A stretch of 64,000 bases of DNA, taken from positions 62,001-126,000 of the IMG/VR virus record IMGVR_UViG_3300035703_000005. One strand, given 5' to 3'. Every line of letters begins with the position of its first letter. Positions within the stretch are counted from its first letter, which is position 1. A program made the position numbers and the translations under genes. The notes beneath the pieces are model-generated. The model did no database searches. It was not told where the DNA came from and worked only from the letters and a program-made list of their open reading frames with translations. Of this stretch, positions 1 through 10,061 are shown piece after piece.

Positions 1-495
1 AAAATCCCAAGTTGCGGGGAAAAAAATTAATTTACCCTCTTCTGGTTTTATTTTAGTTCCATCTATAAATTCTGTTTCTCCGCCACCCTCTACATCATTT
101 AAATACCAAATAAAAGTTATTCTTCTAACACCATTGCAATCATCTCTACAAAAATCATGATGCCAATTATAAAAACCTTCTCCACCAATAGTTCTTTGTA
201 TTTGATATCCAGTATCGTTGAGATCTAAATCAGTTATATTAGTATATAAATTTTCAAGTAAATATTGTTTATATTCTTTTAATCCATCATTCAAAGACTG
301 GTAAAAGATTTTATCTTCCTTTTCCCAACCAGCCATATGGCTTATTGCAATGTCAGTAGATACTTTTACTTTATTATTAAGTCCACCTAAAGTTTTACCA
401 GAACATTTTCTAAGATCCCTTTCAAATTTATAAATAACATTCTTACAAAATTCACTAGTTAAAGCATTTTGTTTTTCCCATATAAATTTATTCAT
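1..495 (-). CDS. 2OG-Fe(II) oxygenase, 3' end cut by the window edge
   Basis: Manual translation MNKFIWEKQN...WHHD...RRITFIWYLNDVEGGGETEF...FFPATWDF; HxD and YLND-GGET motifs. Confidence 0.85.
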   Translation of the reverse strand, partial: MNKFIWEKQNALTSEFCKNVIYKFERDLRKCSGKTLGGLNNKVKVSTDIAISHMAGWEKEDKIFYQSLNDGLKEYKQYLLENLYTNITDLDLNDTGYQIQRTIGGEGFYNWHHDFCRDDCNGVRRITFIWYLNDVEGGGETEFIDGTKIKPEEGKLIFFPATWDF

Positions 496-689
496 TCTCT
501 TGGTTTTGGTTTGTTACACTCATTACAATAATAGGAAAACCCAGACTTAAATGACTTTACAACCTGGAAATATTCTATACAAAGTGGTTTAACTTCACCA
601 CATTTACTGCACTTCCTTTTTGTATAACTTACGCACTTTTTTGAGTTCGTTGAGTTCAGTTTTAATATTCTTGTAAGCAGTTTCAGCAT
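492..689 (-). CDS. small Zn-finger protein (real start probably downstream of the ORF start)
   Basis: CSKC...CNEC pairs. Confidence 0.55.
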   Translation of the reverse strand: MLKLLTRILKLNSTNSKKCVSYTKRKCSKCGEVKPLCIEYFQVVKSFKSGFSYYCNECNKPKPRE

Positions 690-783
690 CTATTCTTCCT
701 CCCATCTCCATAGCACAAATAATATCAACTCTTGTTCCGAAATACGATAGCGCTTTTTCGAAGGTATCTAAATTTTCATACAT
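604..783 (-). CDS. small hypothetical phage protein
   Basis: MYENLDTFEKALSYFGTRVDII...; tightly packed between neighbours. Confidence 0.6.
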   Translation of the reverse strand: MYENLDTFEKALSYFGTRVDIICAMEMGGRIDAETAYKNIKTELNELKKVRKLYKKEVQ

Positions 784-1030
784 CGTAATCAATCCTGCAA
801 TGTTCTGCAATTATATCTATACGAGCATCCAAAGAGTTCTCAAGACGATAGAGTTCACTTGTAGTTTCAATGTTTTCTTCTTCAAGTCTTTTAATATCTT
901 CAAGTGCTCCTGAATATTTTTCTTCAAGTTGCCTGACTGTAATTTCTAAATCAGACAACCTTTTGTAAACATCATCCATAGGGACTTCATCAATTCCCCA
1001 TTTTCTATGAAACCAGTGCGTTCCAATCAT
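776..1030 (-). CDS. coiled-coil hypothetical protein
   Basis: Heptad-rich ORF overlapping both neighbours. Confidence 0.55.
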   Translation of the reverse strand: MIGTHWFHRKWGIDEVPMDDVYKRLSDLEITVRQLEEKYSGALEDIKRLEEENIETTSELYRLENSLDARIDIIAEHCRIDYDV

Positions 1031-1516
1031 ATTACACCTACAGATTTTAAATAACGACGATATGCCATAAATCTACCTACACTTGGTTGTCCTGGTATAG
1101 GTCCTAAGCTATCACATATTTCACAATAACACAACCAATCATACCATGGAGTTGTTGGATCCAGAGATGGATGAAGACTTGTTTGTGTGTAATTCTTTAA
1201 GGAGTCGAAGAAGTTCTGGAGTTTCGTCCCATTCCCAAATTGTTCCATCTTTTTGTGTATAAGTTCGTTTAGTCATTTTTTTCCAATAATTCTAATTCTT
1301 TTTGATTCTTACAATATTTTTCTATTATTTCTTTTCTTAAGAAAATATAATAAAGTTTATAAGCTGGATGATCATTTTCTGGAGATAATGAAGCAGTAAC
1401 AGCTTGTTTCCATAGAGATTTTAATTTTACATCTGAAATTGATGTAGGGTTATTTAATGGCTTTTCTTCAGACATAAGAGTAAAAAAATATAATATTATT
1501 CTATTATGTATTTAAG

Positions 1517-2167
1517 TTATAAGTCAAGTCTTTTATTTTTCGATTGTATTCCATTCCAAACTTCTTGATCTAACCAATATTCATCAACATATTTAACATA
1601 TTTTTTATTGGGATCTTCGGTAATAAATTTGAAAATATCTGGATTATCATAATCAATAGGAAAATTTAAAATTTCACCAACCCATTTTAAATAATGTTGT
1701 TTATGTAAAAATAACGCTTCATTATCTAAAAAATGAATTTTAAACCCAGAAGGAATAAGAGTATTATAGTAATAATCTTGTGCAATTGGTGTTGTAATTT
1801 CTTTTCTAACTCTTAGTTGCTGTTGAGAATTAATATTAGAGTCTCTTACAATAATTGCAATTTGAACATTTATTCCAAAAGATTGGACTCGTTCTACAAA
1901 CTCTTTAATTTTTGGAACATATCTAACACCATCATAAAAAAATGGACAACTTACATTTGCTAACCAATGGTCGTATCCATCAAAATCTTTTTCTGTAACT
2001 TCTTCTGGATATACCCAATACTTTGCAAAATATTCTTCATCACTTGGAACCCAATACTTATCTAAAAGACTTTTCCAACCACCAACTTTAGGATGTGTGC
2101 TGAATATTCTACTAAACAAATGATTTCCAGATCCTTGAGGTCCAGTAATAATTAAAAGTTTTTTCAT
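1517..2167 (-). CDS. P-loop/sulfotransferase-fold protein, paralog of 2979..3602
   Basis: N-terminal IITGPQGSGNHLFSRIFSTHPKV. Confidence 0.6.
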   Translation of the reverse strand: MKKLLIITGPQGSGNHLFSRIFSTHPKVGGWKSLLDKYWVPSDEEYFAKYWVYPEEVTEKDFDGYDHWLANVSCPFFYDGVRYVPKIKEFVERVQSFGINVQIAIIVRDSNINSQQQLRVRKEITTPIAQDYYYNTLIPSGFKIHFLDNEALFLHKQHYLKWVGEILNFPIDYDNPDIFKFITEDPNKKYVKYVDEYWLDQEVWNGIQSKNKRLDL

Positions 2168-2982
2168 TATTTTTTTAGTACATCCATTCTATCAATCCAT
2201 AGATTATACATTTCTGATATTAAATTTCTATTAAATCCGGTTAGATTAAATTCATCATATAAATTTTTTATATTATCAAGTGTGTCTTCTTCATACAAAT
2301 ACCAATTAACGTCCCAAAAATACAAATTATTATGATTATAACTTGATGGTAAATTATTACCTACAAATTTATTAAATTTAAATTTATTAAATTTATTAAT
2401 CAATGAACTTTTAGTATCTTCATTTAAATTCATAAATTGTCTAAAATTTACTGGTAAAATTGGAATTATTTCTCTATGTTTATCATACTTAGTAGATTCT
2501 TCAGATAAAACACAGTTTCTAATTGATTTAAAAAGATTTTGATTAATAAACTGTATAATTCTCACATTTTTACATTCAGAAATTATGGAAAGAAGATCTT
2601 GATTATGATGAACTCGTACAAAATATAAAGATTCATCTTTACAAAGATCTTTCATTTGATGTAAAAATGAAAAGTCGATCCATATACCATCTTCGGCATT
2701 AATATTATTTAATAAATGATTTTTCCACAAAGAAATTTTTTCATTGATGTTCATTCCGTTTATAAAAATATCATCAGATAAGTATAAACAATTCATTAAA
2801 AAATTTCCTCCACTTCCAGAATCATACCAAACAACAATAATTTTATTACTGTTCGCATTAATTTTAAATATTAAACCTTCATCAATTTCTATTTTCGAAT
2901 CTTTATTTGAAAAATTTTTATGAACTATCGTATGTCCAAAATCAGACAAAAAAAGGGAAATATATTTTACATCTTCACTCAT
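2167..2982 (-). CDS. AT-rich hypothetical protein with a Gly-rich loop
   Basis: VVWYDSGSGGNFL motif; coupled to both neighbours. Confidence 0.5.
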   Translation of the reverse strand: MSEDVKYISLFLSDFGHTIVHKNFSNKDSKIEIDEGLIFKINANSNKIIVVWYDSGSGGNFLMNCLYLSDDIFINGMNINEKISLWKNHLLNNINAEDGIWIDFSFLHQMKDLCKDESLYFVRVHHNQDLLSIISECKNVRIIQFINQNLFKSIRNCVLSEESTKYDKHREIIPILPVNFRQFMNLNEDTKSSLINKFNKFKFNKFVGNNLPSSYNHNNLYFWDVNWYLYEEDTLDNIKNLYDEFNLTGFNRNLISEMYNLWIDRMDVLKK

Positions 2983-3602
2983 GATATTTTTTTTAATGAA
3001 ATTCCAGTTTTATTACAATTATCCAAAAAATATTCTTCTACATGATGAATATACTTATCATTAGGATCATTGGATAAAATTTCATCTACTCGGCAATCAT
3101 CCCATGCAATTGGTATGCCGACATTTAAGCTCTTTAGATAATCCTGTTTATAGAGATACAATAACTCGTAGCTTAAAAATATTGGATTAAAAAAATTTGG
3201 AAGTTGTTTCATGAACAGAGGCAAAGTACTTTCCTTTCTCAAACGATTTTGTTGATGTCTGAGAATATTTTGATCTCTACCGACTACTACTATTTGTGTT
3301 CCAATACCAAGGTTTTCAACTTCATTTACAAATGACATAATGTTTGGTTCCCATTTCTTTTCTTGAATACCAAGAGGGACACTGATACTGGTGAAAAAAT
3401 AATCATAAGTAGACCAATTAAAGTCTTTCAATCGAGATGGATCTTTCCAATACTCACAAAATGGTTCTGCAAATCTATGAGCTTCCCAATAGTTATCGAG
3501 AAGAGTCTTCCATCCAAATACTTTCGGATGTAATGAGAATATCTTAGACCAAAGATGATTACCGGACCCCTGTGGTCCGGTAAGGATTACCATTTTTTTC
3601 AT
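2979..3602 (-). CDS. P-loop/sulfotransferase-fold protein, paralog of 1517..2167
   Basis: ILTGPQGSGNHLWSKIFSLHPKV; shared C-terminal DPNxKY(I/V)xxVxEY. Confidence 0.6.
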   Translation of the reverse strand: MKKMVILTGPQGSGNHLWSKIFSLHPKVFGWKTLLDNYWEAHRFAEPFCEYWKDPSRLKDFNWSTYDYFFTSISVPLGIQEKKWEPNIMSFVNEVENLGIGTQIVVVGRDQNILRHQQNRLRKESTLPLFMKQLPNFFNPIFLSYELLYLYKQDYLKSLNVGIPIAWDDCRVDEILSNDPNDKYIHHVEEYFLDNCNKTGISLKKIS

Positions 3603-3853
3603 TTAAAAAATAACAAATAGATCAATCCTGGGATGATAATAAGAAACTGAGGAAGGAAGTTCATTACAATTGAAGGTTCTTTCCACTTTATTCCTACATA
3701 AGTCCAACCAGATGCAGCAATTAATTGTAGAATGCTATTCCAAGGGGTTAGTCCCAGTACGTGAAACACCATCGCAATGAGTATCAGACTGGCACTAACC
3801 CATTTAATTATACGAGTTTTATCTTTACTTCTTCGTCTTTCAATTGTACTCAT
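3599..3853 (-). CDS. small membrane protein (about 3 TM helices)
   Basis: Three hydrophobic segments. Confidence 0.6.
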   Translation of the reverse strand: MSTIERRRSKDKTRIIKWVSASLILIAMVFHVLGLTPWNSILQLIAASGWTYVGIKWKEPSIVMNFLPQFLIIIPGLIYLLFFK

Positions 3854-3870
3854 AATATAAAAGATTTATA

Positions 3871-4557
3871 TCAGACTGCAATAGCAGTATTCTTGTTACT
3901 AATTTCAAGAAGATCATAACGCATTTGTTCTACCATTGCAAGAATGCGATCTTGAACATCTGCAGCACCTTCTACAAGTTTCTCAAGTTTCCAACCACCA
4001 ATGTTAGCATGGAATCCTTCGTCTTTAGCAATAGCTGCATAACGTGAAGAGATAAACTCATCTTCTACACACTCAGCCATTTCGTTCCATACCGCCTCTG
4101 CACGACCCTCAGCAACGAGTTGATATGCAGCAAGAGCAGCAGGATCGGAAGATGCCCCATACTTGTCTAGGAGGGTGGCACCCTTAGCCTGAGGTGCAAC
4201 GGCTTCTGCAGCAAATGCAGCATCAACATCAACTTTCTCACCAGAAATATGCTCAATAACTTCCTTTACCATACGGAAGTGTTTCGCTTCATCTTGTGCC
4301 TGTTTGGTTAGTAACTCAAGTTCAGTAACATCCATAGATGCAGGAGCAGAAGCAACCTCAGCAGCAATTGCTTTCATGTTCATTGCTTCATTAACCATAC
4401 GACCACGAAAATGTTCGACCATATGTTCTTTACTTGGATTTGAAGCAAAGAAACGACGGACATTCATACGAGACTGATAAAAAAGTTCATCATTCTCTTT
4501 TTTAATTTTTTGTACAAATTCTTTTCCCGAAAGCATTTCAATAAAACTCCTATACAA
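3871..4557 (-). CDS. ferritin-like di-iron carboxylate protein
   Basis: E...DEAKH...E(GRA)...DEGFH, two ExxH motifs. Confidence 0.75.
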   Translation of the reverse strand: MYRSFIEMLSGKEFVQKIKKENDELFYQSRMNVRRFFASNPSKEHMVEHFRGRMVNEAMNMKAIAAEVASAPASMDVTELELLTKQAQDEAKHFRMVKEVIEHISGEKVDVDAAFAAEAVAPQAKGATLLDKYGASSDPAALAAYQLVAEGRAEAVWNEMAECVEDEFISSRYAAIAKDEGFHANIGGWKLEKLVEGAADVQDRILAMVEQMRYDLLEISNKNTAIAV

Positions 4558-4570
4558 TACTTTTACTTAT

Positions 4571-5149
4571 TTATTTAATAAGTGTTACAAGAATATCCGA
4601 AAATGTTTTTTCAACTAAAATGTTTTGATTAAAATTTTTACATATCCATTCCGAAGTAAAATATTCCCATACACAATTATTCAACATCCCAAATTCTAAT
4701 ATACAAGAATTTTGTTTCATAATCTCATTCAACATCATTCCACTATTTTTGTATGCAGAATAATTTGGGTATTGAATTTGAAATCCTCCAGCTTCATGCC
4801 ACCAAGCATAACTAATCATATCTGGACGATAAATCATTATGATCCAATCATCTGGAAACTTTTTACGTATTTTACCTAGATAGTAAGACCACTCATGACT
4901 CTTGATTAGTTTACATCCTTCGAATTCAGCCCATGCTTGATCAATATAATCCCCATCAAGAATTGGTTCAAACTCCATTTCAGGTCCAAAGTATGCACCT
5001 TTGTGTCCAGCATAACTATGATGAACATATTCACGTTCAGGAGTACGATCGGAGATATTCATACCAGACATCGTTTCTAATGTCTGGGCGATACCACTCC
5101 AACGGGATCCAGGAACTCCAGTAAAAAATATTCTCTTAGGTAATTTCAT
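4571..5149 (-). CDS. P-loop/sulfotransferase-like protein
   Basis: FFTGVPGSRWS; KSH; IIMIYRP. Confidence 0.55.
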   Translation of the reverse strand: MKLPKRIFFTGVPGSRWSGIAQTLETMSGMNISDRTPEREYVHHSYAGHKGAYFGPEMEFEPILDGDYIDQAWAEFEGCKLIKSHEWSYYLGKIRKKFPDDWIIMIYRPDMISYAWWHEAGGFQIQYPNYSAYKNSGMMLNEIMKQNSCILEFGMLNNCVWEYFTSEWICKNFNQNILVEKTFSDILVTLIK

Positions 5150-5684
5150 GAATCAAGAAAAATTAAATGAATACTTTGCAACAAAATGGAAAAGTAATCT
5201 AAATCAATATCTATACTCTGGGTGGAATCTGATTAATAATATTTCTGATGATGAGTGGGTTTTAGATGTTGGATGTGGACCAAATCCATTTAAAGGAAAG
5301 ATACAAAATTTAATTGGAATAGATCCTGCTTTTGATGAAGCAGATTATAAAGTAACTATAGATAAGTTCAAATCTAACAGAAAGTTTGATGTTGCCTTTT
5401 GTTTAGGTAGTATAAATTTTGGTCCTGGCGATAAAATTGTATCAGAAATAAATTCGTTAGTAAAGTTATTAAAACCTACTGCAAGAATTTATTGGAGATG
5501 CAATCCAGGAAGAAAAGATCATGAAAACAAAGATTGTGAGTTAATAAATTTTTTCCCGTGGACTTTTGAACTTCACAACAAATTTTCAAATCATTTTGGA
5601 TTTGAGTGTACTGATTTAAAATGGGATTATAATCATAGAATTTATGCAGAATGGGTTAGATCTTCCATCTTTAATTCTATATAA
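5148..5684 (+). CDS. class I SAM-dependent methyltransferase
   Basis: VLDVGCG, GID, FDVAFCLGSINF. Confidence 0.8.
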   Translation: MNQEKLNEYFATKWKSNLNQYLYSGWNLINNISDDEWVLDVGCGPNPFKGKIQNLIGIDPAFDEADYKVTIDKFKSNRKFDVAFCLGSINFGPGDKIVSEINSLVKLLKPTARIYWRCNPGRKDHENKDCELINFFPWTFELHNKFSNHFGFECTDLKWDYNHRIYAEWVRSSIFNSI

Positions 5685-5866
5685 ATTACTGGAGAAGTAT
5701 CATTCCAGTGTCGGATTACTCCAGCAACAATAAAACAATTAGTAATCAAGTAAGTAATAAAAATAAAGGTACGTATCCAAGCAATAGTATCAGATTCTCG
5801 GTCGCATTTAGATGCCTTTTCCCCGAGTGCTTTAGCCCACCATCTCCATATCGTTCGCTTCTTCAT
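5642..5866 (-). CDS. small membrane hypothetical protein
   Basis: WRWWAKALGEKAS...one TM...RHWND. Confidence 0.6.
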   Translation of the reverse strand: MKKRTIWRWWAKALGEKASKCDRESDTIAWIRTFIFITYLITNCFIVAGVIRHWNDTSPVIYIELKMEDLTHSA

Positions 5867-6089
5867 AAATTGATTTTCTGGATTTAACATATTCCAATTC
5901 TTTCCATTGATTATAGTAACATAAAACCAACAGCCTTTCGTTGCGATGTAAATGACATGCTTGGTAGTTTTGACTGTCTTTAGGTCTAACGGACACTTCT
6001 ATTGTGACATATTCTTTATCTTTAAAATAAATCCAACCCTCAATTCCTTTTGACCACATTACATAATCATTGATTTGAGGCTCATACAT
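5832..6089 (-). CDS. hypothetical phage protein
   Basis: Packed ORF, EGWIYF motif. Confidence 0.55.
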   Translation of the reverse strand: MYEPQINDYVMWSKGIEGWIYFKDKEYVTIEVSVRPKDSQNYQACHLHRNERLLVLCYYNQWKELEYVKSRKSIYEEANDMEMVG

Positions 6090-6304
6090 CAGAGTTTTCC
6101 TCCCACAACTCCTTCATATTTAACAGAATTTGATTCACTCCAACCTTCTTGTTTACCTTTAAGATAAAATCGTGTTGCAGAAATGCAAATTTCTTCAGTA
6201 AGAGAAGTCACAAGACATTTTCCTTCTTTATTATAAGAGTCCCAAGTACCCCACCTTTGTTGTTCAACCCTGAAAGTATCATCAATCCAAGTATAATCAG
6301 TCAT
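6089..6304 (-). CDS. hypothetical phage protein
   Basis: Ends YEGVVGGKL. Confidence 0.6.
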   Translation of the reverse strand: MTDYTWIDDTFRVEQQRWGTWDSYNKEGKCLVTSLTEEICISATRFYLKGKQEGWSESNSVKYEGVVGGKL

Positions 6305-6669
6305 TAGATTTAATAGTCAAAGTGTAATCTTTTTTCTTGAGTTTATGTCTGTCCAAAAACCTATTCACATGTTCTTGACACTCAAACCAACAAACTTTAT
6401 TATCCTTACCTTCTTTTACTTCCAAACGAAAAGTAAAATTTTGATAGGGAAATTTTTCACCAATGGATGAAATCATGATTACCTTGGTTGTTCACGACTT
6501 TGAGTATAGACCAAGTTCATGAGCATGTCAAGGACTTCCTGACATTCTCCATAAGTTTTTTTATCAACATTATAAATTTGTTGATATTTTCTCATTGCAA
6601 TCATCATTAATTGATATTGTTCTCTGGTAAAATTCATTAGTCGTAAATATTTTGTTCTTGTTGCCTTTT

Positions 6670-6924
6670 TCAGAAAGAGCCATTTCCCAGTCGTTCAAAA
6701 CAAACACTGTTGAATTTTCCTTCTACTCCACGAAGAATGAGTTTTGTATGAGAAGATTTTATAATTAACTCCTGGACATAATATACTCCGCCATGTACTA
6801 AAATATCTTCGGGATCTGTATTATTACCCCAATTAACTTGTTCTCTAGTACACCCAACAAACTTTACATAGTCCCCTTCTCGAATTTCACAAAATGATGG
6901 GTTAATTCTTTTTAGATTTTTCAT
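6670..6924 (-). CDS. hypothetical phage protein
   Basis: QVNWGNNTDP...FNSVCF. Confidence 0.6.
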   Translation of the reverse strand: MKNLKRINPSFCEIREGDYVKFVGCTREQVNWGNNTDPEDILVHGGVYYVQELIIKSSHTKLILRGVEGKFNSVCFERLGNGSF

Positions 6925-7056
6925 TTTTCTGTAATTGGTTGAGGTTTAGATTTGGTATGATTGGTATAAGAAACTTTTCTGTCTTCCCCATACGTCAAAA
7001 TAAATCCGCATATAAGCATTGATACTCTATCATATCATTTAGAATTAGTCAAAAAA

Positions 7057-8106
7057 TTAGTTATTTTTTAAATATTTTTTATACTCCTTTTCCGCATCTA
7101 TAATAATTTTATCCTTATATTTACTAGATAAAAATGTCCACTGAGACCATGTGGAAATATTTACTTTTGAATTGGCTATTGTAAAAAAATCTACTAGTGC
7201 TATTGAACATTTATCTAGTGGATAAAAATATAAATCGTTATTTTTGGAAATAAACTTTTTATCAAAAAAATCCAAAAATTCATCTATATAATTTTTATAT
7301 GTAACAATATTATTTGGATATTTTTCAATATAATGAGAAAGTAACTCTAATGGAACATCTGTACTCAGATAAATTTTTTGATTTTTATTTCTTTTTAAAA
7401 TTTTATCAATCAAATAAAAATAAAAATCATCCGGAAAAACAGATCTTTTTACTATATTATCTTGCATATAATTACTATTATATTCGATTATTTTTCCATA
7501 AAAACTTAATAATTTATCCTTATCAATATAAACGGAAGAAGATTTAATAAATTCTTGAGTTATACTCATACTAAAACCTCTTCTTAAGTGAATGGAAATT
7601 ACATCGGAAAAATTATTTTTAAAATAATCATCTACTATTGCATTTTTAAATTTTATTTCCCTTATCTTGTAAAATAACTCATCCATGCAATGATATCTAA
7701 TTCCCCTTCTAGAAATATTGTTAATTGAAAAATTAAAATAAAAATCAGTTTCAGTATCATCTATGCAATCATTATTGTTCATCAATTTTAAAAAACTATC
7801 AAATTCTATTGAAGAAAATTCTTTTAGTGTATCATAAGATACATTTTCCAATCTTGTATTTGGTAAATCTATGAATAATAATTCTGGCCACCAATATTCG
7901 GGAACAATCAAATCATTTCTTTTAATAAAGAGTGAAACTTGATGGATCATGGCCCAAAAAACTAATCTATCTCCAAAAGCAGTATCAAAGAGATTTATTT
8001 CCGTAAGTTTTTGCCACCAAGGATGGGAACTATATTTTCCATTAAGTTTCAAACCTTTTGACCCACCCTCCATAGGATTAGTCATGTATATTTTATTATT
8101 TTTCAT
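7057..8106 (-). CDS. fucosyltransferase-like GT-B protein (NodZ/GT23-like), paralog of 8139..9068; start approximate
   Basis: SIHLRRG, IYLSTDVP, DFFTIANS. Confidence 0.55.
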   Translation of the reverse strand: MKNNKIYMTNPMEGGSKGLKLNGKYSSHPWWQKLTEINLFDTAFGDRLVFWAMIHQVSLFIKRNDLIVPEYWWPELLFIDLPNTRLENVSYDTLKEFSSIEFDSFLKLMNNNDCIDDTETDFYFNFSINNISRRGIRYHCMDELFYKIREIKFKNAIVDDYFKNNFSDVISIHLRRGFSMSITQEFIKSSSVYIDKDKLLSFYGKIIEYNSNYMQDNIVKRSVFPDDFYFYLIDKILKRNKNQKIYLSTDVPLELLSHYIEKYPNNIVTYKNYIDEFLDFFDKKFISKNNDLYFYPLDKCSIALVDFFTIANSKVNISTWSQWTFLSSKYKDKIIIDAEKEYKKYLKNN

Positions 8107-8138
8107 TATTTTGCAGTAAATAATTTTCCCGTTTAAAA

Positions 8139-9068
8139 TCAAAAAACATTTCCAATAACTGTTTTTTCTTTGTAAATAGATGCAATTTCTGTCCATCCAG
8201 ATTGATTTGTGACCAATATATCAGAATGACATAAAGCAAAAAAATCGAATAAATTTATAAGAACTTGATCAATATTTGTAAAGTAACTATTTTTTACTAA
8301 GTTAATATTATCACTAAAAAAATTTAAGTACTCTTTAAAATAATTTTTTCTTGTCACTATGTTATTTGGATATTTCCTCAAATAATGACCTATAAATTCA
8401 TCAGGTACGTCATAACTTAAATAAATTTTTTGATTTTTATTTTTGCTAATGAGATCTTCTATAATGTTAAAATAATAAAAATCTGGAGTTATATCAAATA
8501 ATGGGTTTGGATTTTTTTCCAAACATTTTTTATAATAAGACTTTATAGTTCTAATATCAAGATAAGTACTTAATTCATCAATATACTTTTTATTAGGTTT
8601 AGTACCTATGCCTCTTCTGATATGAATAGAAGCAACATTAGAAAATGTATTTTCAAAAAATAAATTTATGTTAGAATTTTTAAACTTTAAATTTCTTAGA
8701 GGGTGGAAAAATTTTTCGGGGATTGACTTTTTTCCAAATACATGAGACAATAATTTAATAGAAGGAATGCTTGTATAAAAATTATTATTATTAAATTCTG
8801 AAGTTGAATTTTCAGTAAATAAAGAAATATCGAATAATTTATATTTTTTTATGATTTCATCTTTACTAATTTCAATATCTGTTACAGAGGGCAAAGATAA
8901 AAATAAAAATTCTGGCCAATAATAATCCTGAAGGGTTATAGTTCTATTTGGTACTTTTTTTATATAATAATAAAATATCAATAAGTAGGTAAGTCTTTCA
9001 ACAAAAGAATTGTCTTTTTCATGAGAATTCACAAGAGTTGAAGTTAATAATATTTCTTTAATATTCAT
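8139..9068 (-). CDS. fucosyltransferase-like GT-B protein (NodZ/GT23-like)
   Basis: SIHIRRG, IYLSYDVP, DFFALCHSD, SGW. Confidence 0.55.
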   Translation of the reverse strand: MNIKEILLTSTLVNSHEKDNSFVERLTYLLIFYYYIKKVPNRTITLQDYYWPEFLFLSLPSVTDIEISKDEIIKKYKLFDISLFTENSTSEFNNNNFYTSIPSIKLLSHVFGKKSIPEKFFHPLRNLKFKNSNINLFFENTFSNVASIHIRRGIGTKPNKKYIDELSTYLDIRTIKSYYKKCLEKNPNPLFDITPDFYYFNIIEDLISKNKNQKIYLSYDVPDEFIGHYLRKYPNNIVTRKNYFKEYLNFFSDNINLVKNSYFTNIDQVLINLFDFFALCHSDILVTNQSGWTEIASIYKEKTVIGNVF

Positions 9069-9734
9069 TCATTTTCTAAATTCTCTTTCTAATTCTTTTG
9101 CAAGTTTTATCGACTTTCTCCACATCACATACTTGACAATAGGATTTGATGGATTGTTCTTTAACCACCAAATTTCTCTGATTAATCTATTTTTTATTAT
9201 GACAAAAACGTAAACAGATGCATCAACAACATTTTTATCACTCACTATCATATAACCAATAATAGTAAATAGAGTAATCCAAACATAATAGGATTCCATT
9301 CTCAATGCCAACGAATGGTGTTTAGATATTCTAAAACAGTGTCTCTGACATCCATAAGTTCAGTATAACATCTTTGATCGTGTGCCGCTTGCCTAAGTTC
9401 ATGATCTGGTTTATGTACACTCTCAATAAAGAGATCCAATCCTCGATTCCATTTATCTTTTTTGGATTGCGCATCATATGTAATATACGGTTCTGTCATG
9501 ATACTTGCTCTAAATCTTCGATAGATGATACTGGTACTTCGTGATTAGCGATTCGATAATAATGTTCCCCTTCCTTTACCCCAATATATTCAATATCATC
9601 ACATCTAAATTCACGCATAAAAGCTTGAAGACGAAGATGCATCAATTCAGATTTACTCGGAACTTTCATAAACGAATACTAAACACCAGGTAATTATAGG
9701 ATATTTGGCCTATTTGTCAAGAAAAAACCGATTA

Positions 9735-10061
9735 TTAATTTTCTCTAACTGGTATAAATTCTACTTCCGTTTTCCATTTAAATCCAGGAGTATCCCAAGT
9801 TTGATTATTATTAAAAATTCTATTATTGTTTTCTCTTTCTTCTTCCGTAATGTCGGATTGATTAGATGGTAAATATTCTGCAAAAGTATTACCAGAGTAT
9901 AACTCATCCATCCTATGTCGTGATGGATAATGTTTCAAAAGAGCTCTGGCGGATAATCTAACTTTTTCTGGAACTCCAGAAATTTTTTTAGGGTCCAGTA
10001 AATCTACGAGAAACTCTCTAGTAGCAATTAAAGAATTGTGTTCTTGTTGAAGCAAAGTCAT
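9735..10061 (-). CDS. hypothetical phage protein
   Basis: L..TREFL..L...VP..VR..AR.LLKHYP. Confidence 0.6.
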   Translation of the reverse strand: MTLLQQEHNSLIATREFLVDLLDPKKISGVPEKVRLSARALLKHYPSRHRMDELYSGNTFAEYLPSNQSDITEEERENNNRIFNNNQTWDTPGFKWKTEVEFIPVREN

